64,000 nucleotides of DNA from an uncultured Candidatus Actinomarina sp. (GTDB taxonomy: Bacteria > Actinomycetota > Acidimicrobiia > Actinomarinales > Actinomarinaceae): contig CACASI010000004.1 in NCBI GenBank assembly GCA_902535055.1, positions 34,154 through 98,153 of the forward strand, in the 5' to 3' direction. The notes below the pieces were generated by a model. It was not told the origin of the DNA and searched no databases. It saw only the letters and a list, made by a program, of their open reading frames with translations. This document shows, piece after piece, positions 27,408 to 37,511 of the stretch (its first letter is position 1; the number at the start of each line of letters is the position of its first letter). The translations under genes and the position numbers were made by a program.

Positions 27408-29287
27408 TTTCTAATCCTCGTAAGAAACGATGCTGAGCTGATACCTAAACCAAGCCATAATATGAATATGCCAAAATTTTCTCTAAATATTAGTTTATAT
27501 TTATCTTCATCTATCACTTTGATGGTTACGTATGTGTCGCTCTCTATACTTCTAAATACTGCAGGTGAACTTATTGCTTGCTGTGATGAATTTTTAAAAA
27601 TATTTAATGAAGCATATTTTTCTTTATTATTAAATTTTATAGGAAGATTTATTACATTTTTTTCACTTTTTATCTCTTCAAAAGGGGAGAGAATTAAAAA
27701 TTCTTTATCACCAAAATTAACTTCATCTCCAGCAGATATAATCAGTTCATTTGAATAACTTTGAGTAACATTCATTATTAATCCAACAGCAAAAATTCCA
27801 ACACCTAGATGGGAAATTTGTCCAGTCCAATATTTGCCTTGTAATTTAGTTTTTTTAAATCTTCTTAATATATTTTTAGAGATAACAATTATCAACAAAA
27901 TTGACCCAAATATTGTGATTATAAATTTGTAAGAAGCATTGAAATAAACCGTAAAAATTATTGAGAGAATAAGAGATAAATTAATTTGATTTTGATTTTC
28001 GCTTATCCAATCTTTTAAATTCAAATTTACTTTTGATACTTTTGTAGAAAATACCATTAAGTAAATAAGAATCAAAAGTAATGGCCCAACTAATATATCG
28101 TAAAAAGATCTTCCCATTGTTAATTGTTTACTATAAAAAGATTCATAAAAAATTGGGTATGTAGTCCCAATCAAGACTATTAATGCTGATGCAGATAAAA
28201 CAATATTATTTGCGACAAAGAAACCAGATCTTCCAAAAAGATGTTCTACCTTTTTTGAGCTTTTAAAATAATTGACATTTTTTATGCCAATATAAACAAA
28301 CAAACCTGTAAACATTACTAATCCAATAAGTAAATAAGTGCCTATGTTTCCGTTTGAAAATGCATGTACTGAGATTAATACACCTGATCTGGTAATAAAT
28401 GTTCCAAAAATTACTGATAGAAACATAAGGCATGAAAGTACATAATTCCAGTTGATAAGTGTTTGTTCTTTGATTTGTGTTTTAGAAGAGTGCAAAAAAG
28501 CAGTTGCTAATAACCATGGAATAAAAGAAACATTTTCTACTGGATCCCACGCCCAGTACCCACCCCATCCGAGAACTTCATAAGACCACGCAGCCCCTAA
28601 TGTAATACCTGCTGTTAAAAAGAGCCAGGGAAAATAAGTAGCTTTTTCAGCGACTTTAATCCAGTTTTCATCTTTATAATTATTAAATAATTCACTTGTT
28701 GAAATCACAAATGGAAGCACTAAACCAATATAACCAAGATAAAGTATTGGAGGATGAATTGCCATTAAAGGATGATTTTGAAGAAGAGGATTTGGACCCC
28801 TTCCAGTATCTGATATCACTAAATCTTGAAATGGTAATAAGGTGAAATCTTGACACCCTATTGATGCCAATTGAACACATCCAGCAAAAGGAGATGAACT
28901 AAAAATTGTAAAACCATTAAAAAATAAAATAATTAATGCAAAGATTTTTATATCGTAAATTTCAGTAGTTGATTTATAAAATTTAATATATAAATAGAAA
29001 TAAATACTTAATACAAAATTCCACAACAGAATAGAGCCATCTAAAGAACCCCACAGTGAAGCAAATTTATATATTGGAGGAGTTGTAGCTGCAGAGTGAT
29101 TTGCAATATAAAAGATCGAAAAATCATCTAAAAATAGTCCTACCTCAAGTAAGCAAAACAACATGAAGTGTATTAATAAATTTATTCTTACAAGAGACTG
29201 AAAAATTTTTTTATTATTGGAAAAAAATAAAATAATTAAATTTAAAGATCCTACCCAAGTTAGTAAAATACCAATCGATGATATCAT
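27404..29287 (-). CDS. ccmF: Cytochrome c heme lyase subunit CcmF
   Basis: 627 aa and polytopic. It has the WWD motif WGGYWAWDPVEN and flanking conserved His residues (HPPILYLGY, FLHS, VHAFS). Confidence 0.9.
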   Translation of the reverse strand: MISSIGILLTWVGSLNLIILFFSNNKKIFQSLVRINLLIHFMLFCLLEVGLFLDDFSIFYIANHSAATTPPIYKFASLWGSLDGSILLWNFVLSIYFYLYIKFYKSTTEIYDIKIFALIILFFNGFTIFSSSPFAGCVQLASIGCQDFTLLPFQDLVISDTGRGPNPLLQNHPLMAIHPPILYLGYIGLVLPFVISTSELFNNYKDENWIKVAEKATYFPWLFLTAGITLGAAWSYEVLGWGGYWAWDPVENVSFIPWLLATAFLHSSKTQIKEQTLINWNYVLSCLMFLSVIFGTFITRSGVLISVHAFSNGNIGTYLLIGLVMFTGLFVYIGIKNVNYFKSSKKVEHLFGRSGFFVANNIVLSASALIVLIGTTYPIFYESFYSKQLTMGRSFYDILVGPLLLILIYLMVFSTKVSKVNLNLKDWISENQNQINLSLILSIIFTVYFNASYKFIITIFGSILLIIVISKNILRRFKKTKLQGKYWTGQISHLGVGIFAVGLIMNVTQSYSNELIISAGDEVNFGDKEFLILSPFEEIKSEKNVINLPIKFNNKEKYASLNIFKNSSQQAISSPAVFRSIESDTYVTIKVIDEDKYKLIFRENFGIFILWLGLGISSASFLTRIRK

Positions 29288-29688
29288 TCTGAATAGTTTT
29301 CTACGTCATACACTTCTCCATCCTCAGATATATACTCATTGTCATGTTTCACAAGCATATCGTCGGAGTAAAAGATATCATCACTAAAATAACCATCTAG
29401 TATCACACCCATCTCATCTTGAAATAGTTCAGGGATGAATCCATCAAAACTAATTTTCATAGTCACATTTCCATCGGTAATTAAAAATTCTGTTGCACCA
29501 AGTTCACCTTTTTTTACAGAATCAGATACAACAAATCCCCCAAGCTTAATTCTTTCATCAGATGTAGATGATAAATAATTAGCTTCTGTTGTCGTGTAGT
29601 AGTAGATAGTGTTGCTTGAAGCAATTCTAATACTTGCAAATATAATTATAAAAATCCCAACAAAGATGAGAAATAAATTTTTTTTCAC
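29284..29688 (-). CDS. ccmE: Heme chaperone CcmE
   Basis: It has an N-terminal anchor, an OB-fold pattern (IKLGGFVV.., FLITDG, FDGFIPELFQDEMGVILDG), and the heme-binding HxxxY motif (VKHDNEY). Confidence 0.85.
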   Translation of the reverse strand: MKKNLFLIFVGIFIIIFASIRIASSNTIYYYTTTEANYLSSTSDERIKLGGFVVSDSVKKGELGATEFLITDGNVTMKISFDGFIPELFQDEMGVILDGYFSDDIFYSDDMLVKHDNEYISEDGEVYDVENYSE

Positions 29689-29695
29689 TTTTTAT

Positions 29696-30364
29696 CTAGA
29701 TTTTAGCCCTTGATTTTGGATTTAGATAATCATCCCATATTTGATCAGAATTCATTCTAAATTTCTTAGCAAGGAATACATGCACGAGTGTTACAAGCAA
29801 AACGCTAATTAGAAGTGTAGTTAGTATGTCTGGAGACATTGGAGCATCACCAGTAGAAACTGTTTCCTGACTTAAAATAGAAGCTTGTTGATGAACTGAT
29901 CTCCACCATATAACACTAAAATGTAATATTGGTATTTGAATAACACCAAATATCCCAATAAACGATGAATTTTTTGCTGTCTTGGATAAATCATCACTGA
30001 ATCTTCTAGAAGCTAAATATCCAAGATAAACTAGCAACAATATTGCGGTTAAGTTAAGTCTTGCGTCACCCCAAACCCACCATGTTCCCCATGTAAACTT
30101 TCCCCATACAGATCCAGCAATAAGTGTTGAAGCAGTGAATAATACACCTGATTTTGCATTTGCTATAGCTCTTGAATCATACTTTGGGTTTTTTTTAATT
30201 AAATATAACAATGAATATATAAATGTCAGTGTGTATGCAAGATAAGCTATCCAAACAGTTGGTACATGAACATAAAGGAGTTTAGAAGAGGGCCCTTGAA
30301 TTGTATCATATGGTCCAAAAGCACTTACTAATATCCAAACCGCAAGCGGTCCATATAACATCAT
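29696..30364 (-). CDS. ccmC: Heme exporter protein CcmC
   Basis: 222 aa with about 6 TM helices. The WWD motif WGTWWVWGDARL has one extra Gly relative to the usual WWxWDxRL. Confidence 0.9.
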   Translation of the reverse strand: MMLYGPLAVWILVSAFGPYDTIQGPSSKLLYVHVPTVWIAYLAYTLTFIYSLLYLIKKNPKYDSRAIANAKSGVLFTASTLIAGSVWGKFTWGTWWVWGDARLNLTAILLLVYLGYLASRRFSDDLSKTAKNSSFIGIFGVIQIPILHFSVIWWRSVHQQASILSQETVSTGDAPMSPDILTTLLISVLLVTLVHVFLAKKFRMNSDQIWDDYLNPKSRAKI

Positions 30365-31003
30365 TTAATTTGTCCTTTCAAGGTAAAAATTTGCAATAGC
30401 AAAAATTAAAACTGTAATTCCTAAATACATTAATAAGTAAATATTAGCTATATCCTGTCCTAAACCTAACCACAGTGGACCTATAAAGAATGATAAAGCT
30501 AGGTACATTGGAGTAATGAGAATGAATTGAACAAATCTGTTATTAAAGCTGGTAAATATTTGAAAAATTATATTTATCATGCTTGCATTAATAGCAAAAA
30601 ATATAATTGAAAATAAAAAGTAAACAATCGATACATTAACACTCGAGTTGGTAAATGCAGAATACAAAATATTTAAAATAATAATTTGAGGAAGAAAAAT
30701 TATAAATTCTGAAACAACTTTACTATTAAAAAACTCTATTTTTTTGTAATTTCCAAAATTTAACTCTCTAATCAATCGTTCGAGAATAATTGGCTTTCTA
30801 ATTGCAAAAAGAGTTGAAAATATTATCAGAAATAATAAATGAGATACAATAAATAAATCTTCATCAACTGCAAATCTATTTTCAATCAAAATTGGAAAAA
30901 TAATTATCAGAACGGTCATAGTTGGAGTAATTAGAAATAGTGAAGAACTATTTTTAAGTTCAACTAATAATTCTTTCTTTATTATGTGCTTATTCATTTT
31001 CAT
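30365..31003 (-). CDS. ccmB: Heme exporter permease CcmB-like (ABC-2 type)
   Basis: 212 aa with about 6 TM helices. It lies between ccmA and ccmC. The call rests on position and topology only. Confidence 0.55.
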   Translation of the reverse strand: MKMNKHIIKKELLVELKNSSSLFLITPTMTVLIIIFPILIENRFAVDEDLFIVSHLLFLIIFSTLFAIRKPIILERLIRELNFGNYKKIEFFNSKVVSEFIIFLPQIIILNILYSAFTNSSVNVSIVYFLFSIIFFAINASMINIIFQIFTSFNNRFVQFILITPMYLALSFFIGPLWLGLGQDIANIYLLMYLGITVLIFAIANFYLERTN

Positions 31004-31631
31004 TTAAATCTATTACCTCAAAATTGATACCTTGAAAATCAATTAATTCTTGAGTTGATAGAATGTTAGATTTTTGATTTTTGCTACGTTTATCAATTAA
31101 ATTTTTTAATAAATTAATACCTTCAGAATCTAGAAAATTTAATGGTTCATCAATACATAGAACGGTAGGTTCTTTTATTTCAATAATTGATAATTCCGCC
31201 CTTCTGATCATTCCACTTGAAAAGTTTTTCACTTTTTCATCCAAGTATATTTCAGGTAAATAATTTTTTGAGATGGCTATTTTTTCGTCTATTGATAATT
31301 CAGACTGTGTTGTGAAATATTTAATATTTTCCAAAAATGTTAATTCCATTATTAATGTTGCATATGGTGAGATTTGGTCGATGTTACTTTTTGTTCTTAT
31401 TACCTCTGAATTAAAATCTGTACCATCAAAATTTGACGATATGAAATTAATTAATGTAGATTTGCCGGCACCGTTTCTTCCTATTATCTGGTAGTTATTT
31501 TCTTCACTTAATTCAAGATTCAGATTGCTAAGAACTACTTGATTCGAATAACCTAGAGTTAAATTTGTTGATTTAAAAAATATTTCTGACACAACTTTAT
31601 TGTATTGAAGATAGTTTTTTATAAATTTCAA
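30990..31631 (-). CDS. ccmA: Heme exporter ATP-binding protein CcmA (ABC ATPase)
   Basis: Walker A GRNGAGKST, signature SSGMIRR, Walker B LCIDEP. It is the first gene of the ccm operon. The start is uncertain because it overlaps the upstream gene by 35 nt. Confidence 0.75.
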   Translation of the reverse strand: MKFIKNYLQYNKVVSEIFFKSTNLTLGYSNQVVLSNLNLELSEENNYQIIGRNGAGKSTLINFISSNFDGTDFNSEVIRTKSNIDQISPYATLIMELTFLENIKYFTTQSELSIDEKIAISKNYLPEIYLDEKVKNFSSGMIRRAELSIIEIKEPTVLCIDEPLNFLDSEGINLLKNLIDKRSKNQKSNILSTQELIDFQGINFEVIDLNENE

Positions 31632-32088
31632 AAGTTGTTATTACGTCATCTTTTGCAGAGTGAGTAGGAATTGAGACATTAAAATATTCAGCAATTGTGA
31701 TTAATTTATGGTTTTTTATTTTATCACTCAATTTAGCCCTACTAAGTAAGACAGTGTCTATTGTTTTGTTATCTAATGGTTGATCAAGGTAATGATTTAA
31801 AAACTTTAAATCAAAATAGTCAATATTGTGACCTACTAGAACAGATCCTTTAACAAATTCTCTGATTTCTAAACTTTTTTCTTCAAAGTATGGAGAATCC
31901 TTTACTTTTTCGTTAGTAATCCCATGAATATGAGAATTTTCAATTTTTTGCTTCGTATTGAACAAACTATAAAACTCATCAATAATCTTGTTATCAACAA
32001 CTTTTAAAATATATAATTCAAGTATTTCAGAATCTTCAGGTTTAAAACCGGTTGTCTCGATATCTAGTATGCATAATTGATTATTCAT
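31597..32088 (-). CDS. DEDDh 3'-5' exonuclease (DnaQ/epsilon-like domain)
   Basis: ExoI ILDIETTGF, ExoII VGHNIDYFDLKFL, ExoIII HSAKDDV. Confidence 0.8.
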   Translation of the reverse strand: MNNQLCILDIETTGFKPEDSEILELYILKVVDNKIIDEFYSLFNTKQKIENSHIHGITNEKVKDSPYFEEKSLEIREFVKGSVLVGHNIDYFDLKFLNHYLDQPLDNKTIDTVLLSRAKLSDKIKNHKLITIAEYFNVSIPTHSAKDDVITTFEIYKKLSSIQ

Positions 32089-32875
32089 AGTTTTTATAAA
32101 ATTCCCACATAGCTATTGCTGCAGCACCTGATGCGTTCAAAGAATCAACTTTGTTTTCGGTATCGATTTTGAGGATCTGTGATGCATTATCTTTCCATAT
32201 TTTAGAAATACCATATTGCTCAGAACCAATTACAAGGGCATAATTTTTTTTAGGTTTGTATGATTTGATACTTTTTGCTGAGTCCGGATCTAGAGAAATA
32301 ATTTCATAATTTAATCTTTGTAGATTAGAGATTATTTTTTCTGACTTTTCAGAGAAGATATTTATATTAAAAATATGACCTATTGAGGATCTTATAACAT
32401 TTGGATTAAAGAAGTCAGTCACTCCATCTGATGAAATTATATTGGTAATATCAAAAGACCTTGCTGTCCTAATCATCGTTCCAAGATTTCCAGGTTTTTC
32501 TATTGAATCCGCAATGAGAATTGGACCTGACAAATCTTTATTATCAATATTCTGTGTTTTGACTTTGAATAATGAAATCATCCCATCAGGTCTATCTCTA
32601 TAAGATATTGCTTTAAATGCCTTGCTTGTTAGATCTACAATTCTCACATTTTTATTTTTAAACTTTTCAATCAGTTCTTGATTATTTTCACCAATAAAAA
32701 ATTCTCGACAAATGTAAAGTGAATCAATCTGATAGTTTGAACTAATTAGTTGTAAGTTTTCACGATAACCTTCAGCCAAAGATTTTTGTTCTTGTCTTCT
32801 CAGCTTATTTTTCTTTAATGAAATCAAAAATTTAAGTTCTGGATTTGCTAATGAAGATATTTCTTTATTTTGCAT
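32081..32875 (-). CDS. TrmH/SpoU family RNA 2'-O-methyltransferase
   Basis: Motifs: PGNLGTMIRTARSF, LVIGSEQYGIS, DSLNASGAAAIAMWEF. Confidence 0.8.
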   Translation of the reverse strand: MQNKEISSLANPELKFLISLKKNKLRRQEQKSLAEGYRENLQLISSNYQIDSLYICREFFIGENNQELIEKFKNKNVRIVDLTSKAFKAISYRDRPDGMISLFKVKTQNIDNKDLSGPILIADSIEKPGNLGTMIRTARSFDITNIISSDGVTDFFNPNVIRSSIGHIFNINIFSEKSEKIISNLQRLNYEIISLDPDSAKSIKSYKPKKNYALVIGSEQYGISKIWKDNASQILKIDTENKVDSLNASGAAAIAMWEFYKNYE

Positions 32876-33473
32876 ATTTCTCTTTGTGTAAAAGTTTCTT
32901 TTTATTTAAATTTTCTTTTTTTAAATTAGCTGAGTCACCTTCAACACCCGCAGTTACAAAACCTAAAATTTCAATATCTTCAGGTATTACAAGTAATGAT
33001 TTAATTTTTTGTATTTCCATATTATGAGATCCCAAAAAGCCACTTTTCAGTCCGGTTTCTTCAACTAATAACATACAATTCATCATTGCAGCTCCGGCAT
33101 CTACATACCAATAGGGGACACTCCAATTACTTGAACTAGTTTGATTTTGCTTATCAAGTTCTTTGTATCTTTCATGATAAGCCTGTTCATTTATCAAGAT
33201 TAAAAATATTGCTTTTGAATTTGATAACCACTTACCATAGCCCTTCTTTAGATAACTTTCTTCGTTTGCATAAATTGCAAGTTTCTTTATATTTTTTTTA
33301 TTTTCAACTGATATAATTTCAATACCCCTTGAAAATCCTGCTGTTGGTATTTTTATTGTTAGTTTTGGAATGTCTGATAAATTTGGAAACTCTTCATTTG
33401 TCTCTAAATAATTTCGAACAACTCTTCTATTTAAAAGTAGTTCTTTAAGATGATTATTTTCATTCCTCATCAT
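32865..33473 (-). CDS. Nitroreductase family protein
   Basis: About 200 aa. The N-terminal LLNRRVVRNY resembles the RRSxRxF motif. The assignment is moderate. Confidence 0.55.
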   Translation of the reverse strand: MMRNENNHLKELLLNRRVVRNYLETNEEFPNLSDIPKLTIKIPTAGFSRGIEIISVENKKNIKKLAIYANEESYLKKGYGKWLSNSKAIFLILINEQAYHERYKELDKQNQTSSSNWSVPYWYVDAGAAMMNCMLLVEETGLKSGFLGSHNMEIQKIKSLLVIPEDIEILGFVTAGVEGDSANLKKENLNKKKLLHKEKYAK

Positions 33474-34524
33474 TCAAAATAAAATCTTTAACCATATCTC
33501 CAACCTCAGATGTGCCCATACCCATCTTTCCGGCTGAAAGAGAATCTAGTTGCTGCGCTGTTTTTATGACTGCGTTTTCAATTTTATTTGCATATTTCTC
33601 TTCACCAAGTACGTCAAGCATCATTGATGCTGCCGCAATACAAGCAAGGGGGTTAATTACATTTTTACCTGTGTATTTTGGTGCAGAACCTCCAATTGGT
33701 TCACACATTGATACCCCTTGGGGATTGATATTCCCACCTGCTGCAATACCCATTCCTCCTTGAATCATTGCACCTAAGTCAGTGATAATATCTCCAAACA
33801 TGTTGTCTGTAACAATGACATCAAACCATTCAGGATTTTTAACCATCCACATACACACTGCATCGACGTGCCCATAATCTGTTTCAATATCTGGGTATTT
33901 TTCAGCTACTTCATAGAAAACTCTTTCCCATAAGTCGTGAGCATAAGTAAGTACATTGGTTTTTGCACATAGTGTTATCTTTTTTCGGTTATTTTTGACT
34001 GTATATTCAAATGCGTATTCAATACATCTTTGTATTGCACTTCTTGTATTTATAGATTCTTGAGTGGCAACCTCTTTATCAGTCCCATAGTGAATATAAC
34101 CACCTGCTCCAGCATAAAGCCCCTCTGTGTTTTCTCTAACAACCACAAAATCAATATCTTTAGGTGTTTTATTAGCAAGTGGAGTTTCAACCCCAGGGTA
34201 CAATACGACAGGTCTCAAATTAATATATTGGTCAAATTCTTTTCTCAACTTTAATAAGATACCTTGCTCAAGAATTCCAGGCTTAACATCAGGGTGACCA
34301 ATTGCACCAAGCAATATTGAATCACTGTTACCGAGTTCATCAATATCAGATTCAGTCACAAGATCACCACTTTTCAAATATCTATCGCCGCCTAAATCAT
34401 TCAATATAAAATTAAAATCAATATCAAATCTAGATTTTGTTTGTTCAAGAACTTTTAAAGCTTCATCAACAACTTCGGGTCCAGTTCCATCACCACCAAT
34501 TACTGAAATGTTATATTTTTTCAT
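33460..34524 (-). CDS. leuB: 3-isopropylmalate dehydrogenase
   Basis: Motifs: [48 protein letters not shown] (isocitrate/isopropylmalate DH signature). It lies downstream of leuA. Confidence 0.85.
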   Translation of the reverse strand: MKKYNISVIGGDGTGPEVVDEALKVLEQTKSRFDIDFNFILNDLGGDRYLKSGDLVTESDIDELGNSDSILLGAIGHPDVKPGILEQGILLKLRKEFDQYINLRPVVLYPGVETPLANKTPKDIDFVVVRENTEGLYAGAGGYIHYGTDKEVATQESINTRSAIQRCIEYAFEYTVKNNRKKITLCAKTNVLTYAHDLWERVFYEVAEKYPDIETDYGHVDAVCMWMVKNPEWFDVIVTDNMFGDIITDLGAMIQGGMGIAAGGNINPQGVSMCEPIGGSAPKYTGKNVINPLACIAAASMMLDVLGEEKYANKIENAVIKTAQQLDSLSAGKMGMGTSEVGDMVKDFILNDEE

Positions 34525-34525
34525 G

Positions 34526-36016
34526 TTATTTGTTTAATGCATTTAAAAAGGATTCTACAGAGCCTTGTACAACATCCGTTGACACAGATCTTCCTTGTTT
34601 TAAATTTTGTCCATCGTTAATTATAGTTACAATTTCTGCAGTCGCGTCAGCACCTTTTGTAATACTTTCAACTCGATAATCAATAAGTACCGCATCAGAT
34701 TGCAAAATATTTTTTACAGCTTTAAACGCAGCATGTATCATACCATCACCCTCAGCTTCTTTAGTTTGATCCACTCCATTAACGTTGAGAGTAACTTTTG
34801 CGGAGGCAAATTGATCTTTACTGTTTACAGATACGGATACTAATTTTACTGGAGCTTCATTAATTTCTACTTGCCCAATAATTGCTCGCAATTCATTTTC
34901 AACAATTTCACCTTTTCTATCAGCTAGTTGTTTAAATTTTTCAAAGCTTAGATTAAATAACTCTTCTTCTAATACAATGTTAAGTTTTTCCAAAGCATCT
35001 TTAAAGCCTGCTCTACCTGAATGTTTGCCTAAAACTATTTTTGATTCTTGTCCCACGGAGTCAGGAGTCATAATTTCATATGTCATTGTATTTCTCAAAT
35101 ATCCATGCTGATGAATTCCTGATTCATGACTAAATGCGTTTCTACCTACTACCGCTTTATTGTATTGAACTGGGTAACCAGTTAATTTAGATACAAGCCT
35201 AGAAGTCTCAGAGATTTCTGTTGTCTCAGCTTTAATTTCAACTCCATATTGATCTTGTCTTGTCTTGATAGCCATTATTATTTCTTCTGTAGATGTATTA
35301 CCTGCTCTTTCGCCAATTCCATTAATTGCACCCTCTATTTGTCTGGCTCCAGCATCGATAGCTGTCAAAGAATTTGCAACAGCTAGTCCTAAATCGTTAT
35401 GACAATGGGTTGAAATTATTACGTCTTCATTTTTCCCTTTAACTTTGCTGTAAACTTTTTTGAGTAGTTCTAAATAATCGTTTGGTGTTGCATAACCTAC
35501 AGTATCTGGAACGTTTATTGTTGTTGCACCTTCTTCAACAGCAATTTTTAATATTTCAATCAAAAAATCATGATCTGTTCTTGTGGCATCTTGTGCAGAA
35601 AACTCTACGTCATCACAGAGTTTTTTTGCAAACCTTACTGATTCTTTGGCATCTTTTAAAACCTCATCCTTGGTTTTCCTAAGCATATGTTCCATATGTA
35701 TATCAGAAGTAGATGTAAAGACATGTATTCTTGAATTATTGGCTGGTTTAATAGCTTCATAAGCTTGTTCAATATCTTCTTGTACGCAACGAGCTAGAGA
35801 AGCAATCGTTGAATTTTTTATATTTTTCGCAATTAGATTAACTCCCTCCCAGTCGCCAGGGGAGGAAGCTGCAAATCCAGCCTCAATCACATCTACCTTA
35901 AGTTTTTCTAATTGTTGAGCAATGAGAAGTTTTTCAGAGGGCGTTAAAGCAATTCCCGGACTTTGTTCACCATCTCTTAAAGTAGTATCAAAAATTACTA
36001 ATTGATCTGAACTCAT
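34526..36016 (-). CDS. leuA: 2-isopropylmalate synthase (short LeuA type; citramalate synthase cannot be excluded)
   Basis: Motifs: [27 protein letters not shown], plus a C-terminal LeuA-dimer regulatory domain. It lies between ilvC and leuB. Confidence 0.8.
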   Translation of the reverse strand: MSSDQLVIFDTTLRDGEQSPGIALTPSEKLLIAQQLEKLKVDVIEAGFAASSPGDWEGVNLIAKNIKNSTIASLARCVQEDIEQAYEAIKPANNSRIHVFTSTSDIHMEHMLRKTKDEVLKDAKESVRFAKKLCDDVEFSAQDATRTDHDFLIEILKIAVEEGATTINVPDTVGYATPNDYLELLKKVYSKVKGKNEDVIISTHCHNDLGLAVANSLTAIDAGARQIEGAINGIGERAGNTSTEEIIMAIKTRQDQYGVEIKAETTEISETSRLVSKLTGYPVQYNKAVVGRNAFSHESGIHQHGYLRNTMTYEIMTPDSVGQESKIVLGKHSGRAGFKDALEKLNIVLEEELFNLSFEKFKQLADRKGEIVENELRAIIGQVEINEAPVKLVSVSVNSKDQFASAKVTLNVNGVDQTKEAEGDGMIHAAFKAVKNILQSDAVLIDYRVESITKGADATAEIVTIINDGQNLKQGRSVSTDVVQGSVESFLNALNK

Positions 36017-37029
36017 ATATCCTTTTTTATATCTTTAGCATCTAAAAATGGCATCATATTTCTTAATTCTTTACCAATATTTTCTATCTGGTGTTTTGAA
36101 GCATTTTCACGCTCCTGCTTAAGGTATGGAGATCCCTCACGAGCTTGAGACATCCATTCTTTAGCAAAAGCTCCTGACTGTATTTCTTCCAAAACTTTTT
36201 TCATCTCTTTTTTTGTTTCATCCGTAATAATTCTTGATCCTCTTGAAAAATCACCATACTCAGCTGTATCAGAGATTGAATGTCTCATCCATTCAAAACC
36301 ACCTTCATACATCAGATCAACAATTAATTTAACTTCATGAAGAGTTTCAAAATAAGCACTTTCTGGCTGGTAACCAGCTTCAACCAATGTTTCAAATCCA
36401 TTCCGAATTAGTTCGGTAAGTCCACCACAGAGAACGACTTGCTCACCAAACAAATCAGTTTCAGTTTCTTCTTTAAAAGTGGTATTTAATACGCCGGCCC
36501 TTCCACCACCTATTGCCGAAGCATATGATAAAGCCATCTCTTTTGTATTTCCTGACAAGTCTTTTTCGACTGCAACAAGGCAAGGCATTCCAGAACCTTC
36601 TTCGTAGGTTCTTCTTAATAAATGACCTGGACCTTTTGGGGCGATCATAGCTATGGATATATCTTCACGAGGAACGATTTCACCAAAGTGAATATTGAAA
36701 CCATGTGCAAAAAATAATGTTGAATTATCTTTCATAAATGGTGCAATGTCTTTTTCGTAAACATCTGCCATTAATTGGTCAGGAAGAAGAAGCATTACTA
36801 TGTCAGCATTTTTTGTTGCATTTTCAAGATTATCGACATTAAGACCCATTTCTTTGGCTCTATTAAATGATGAGGAATTTTCTCTTAAACCAACTGTTAC
36901 ATTAACACCTGAATCATGAAGATTAAGAGCATGCGCGTGTCCTTGGCTACCAAATCCTATTACACTTACGTTTTTTGATTTAATCATCTCTATATCAATT
37001 GATTCATCGTATATTATTTTTGTCGACAT
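36013..37029 (-). CDS. ilvC: Ketol-acid reductoisomerase
   Basis: Motifs: [26 protein letters not shown], 338 aa (class I). Confidence 0.95.
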   Translation of the reverse strand: MSTKIIYDESIDIEMIKSKNVSVIGFGSQGHAHALNLHDSGVNVTVGLRENSSSFNRAKEMGLNVDNLENATKNADIVMLLLPDQLMADVYEKDIAPFMKDNSTLFFAHGFNIHFGEIVPREDISIAMIAPKGPGHLLRRTYEEGSGMPCLVAVEKDLSGNTKEMALSYASAIGGGRAGVLNTTFKEETETDLFGEQVVLCGGLTELIRNGFETLVEAGYQPESAYFETLHEVKLIVDLMYEGGFEWMRHSISDTAEYGDFSRGSRIITDETKKEMKKVLEEIQSGAFAKEWMSQAREGSPYLKQERENASKHQIENIGKELRNMMPFLDAKDIKKDI

Positions 37030-37037
37030 TTATCCTC

Positions 37038-37511
37038 CTACAATTTTGTCTGGATGGCTATTCTTCCACCTCTAATCATTTCAATAATTCCAAATGGTTT
37101 AAGCAAATTTTCAAGTTTATCTAAATCTTTGGATGCTCCAGTCATTTCAAAAACTGCATAATCAGTGCCAACATCAACCGATCTTGCACCAGATAGGGAA
37201 GCCTTTTCAATGACTGAAGTTTGAGTGTCCTTATTTATAGAGACCTTAAGAAGTAGAACTTCTGATTCTATTGTATTTTCAGGATCAAGTTCAACAATCT
37301 TTATTACATTGATAAGCTTGTTTAATTGTTTTTTTACCTGTTCAACTGACTCAAGTTCTGTAACAATTGTCATTTTCGACCTACCTTGAATATTTGTTGG
37401 CCCAACAGCTAAAGAGTTTATATTAAAACCCCTTCTTGATATAGTTGATGCAACTCTTGCTAATACGCCAGGTTTATCTTCAACGAGAACGCTTAATATT
37501 CTTTCACTCAT
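37038..37511 (-). CDS. ilvN: Acetolactate synthase small (regulatory) subunit
   Basis: ACT domain ILSVLVEDKPGVLARVASTISRRGFNINSL, 157 aa. It follows ilvB. Confidence 0.9.
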   Translation of the reverse strand: MSERILSVLVEDKPGVLARVASTISRRGFNINSLAVGPTNIQGRSKMTIVTELESVEQVKKQLNKLINVIKIVELDPENTIESEVLLLKVSINKDTQTSVIEKASLSGARSVDVGTDYAVFEMTGASKDLDKLENLLKPFGIIEMIRGGRIAIQTKL

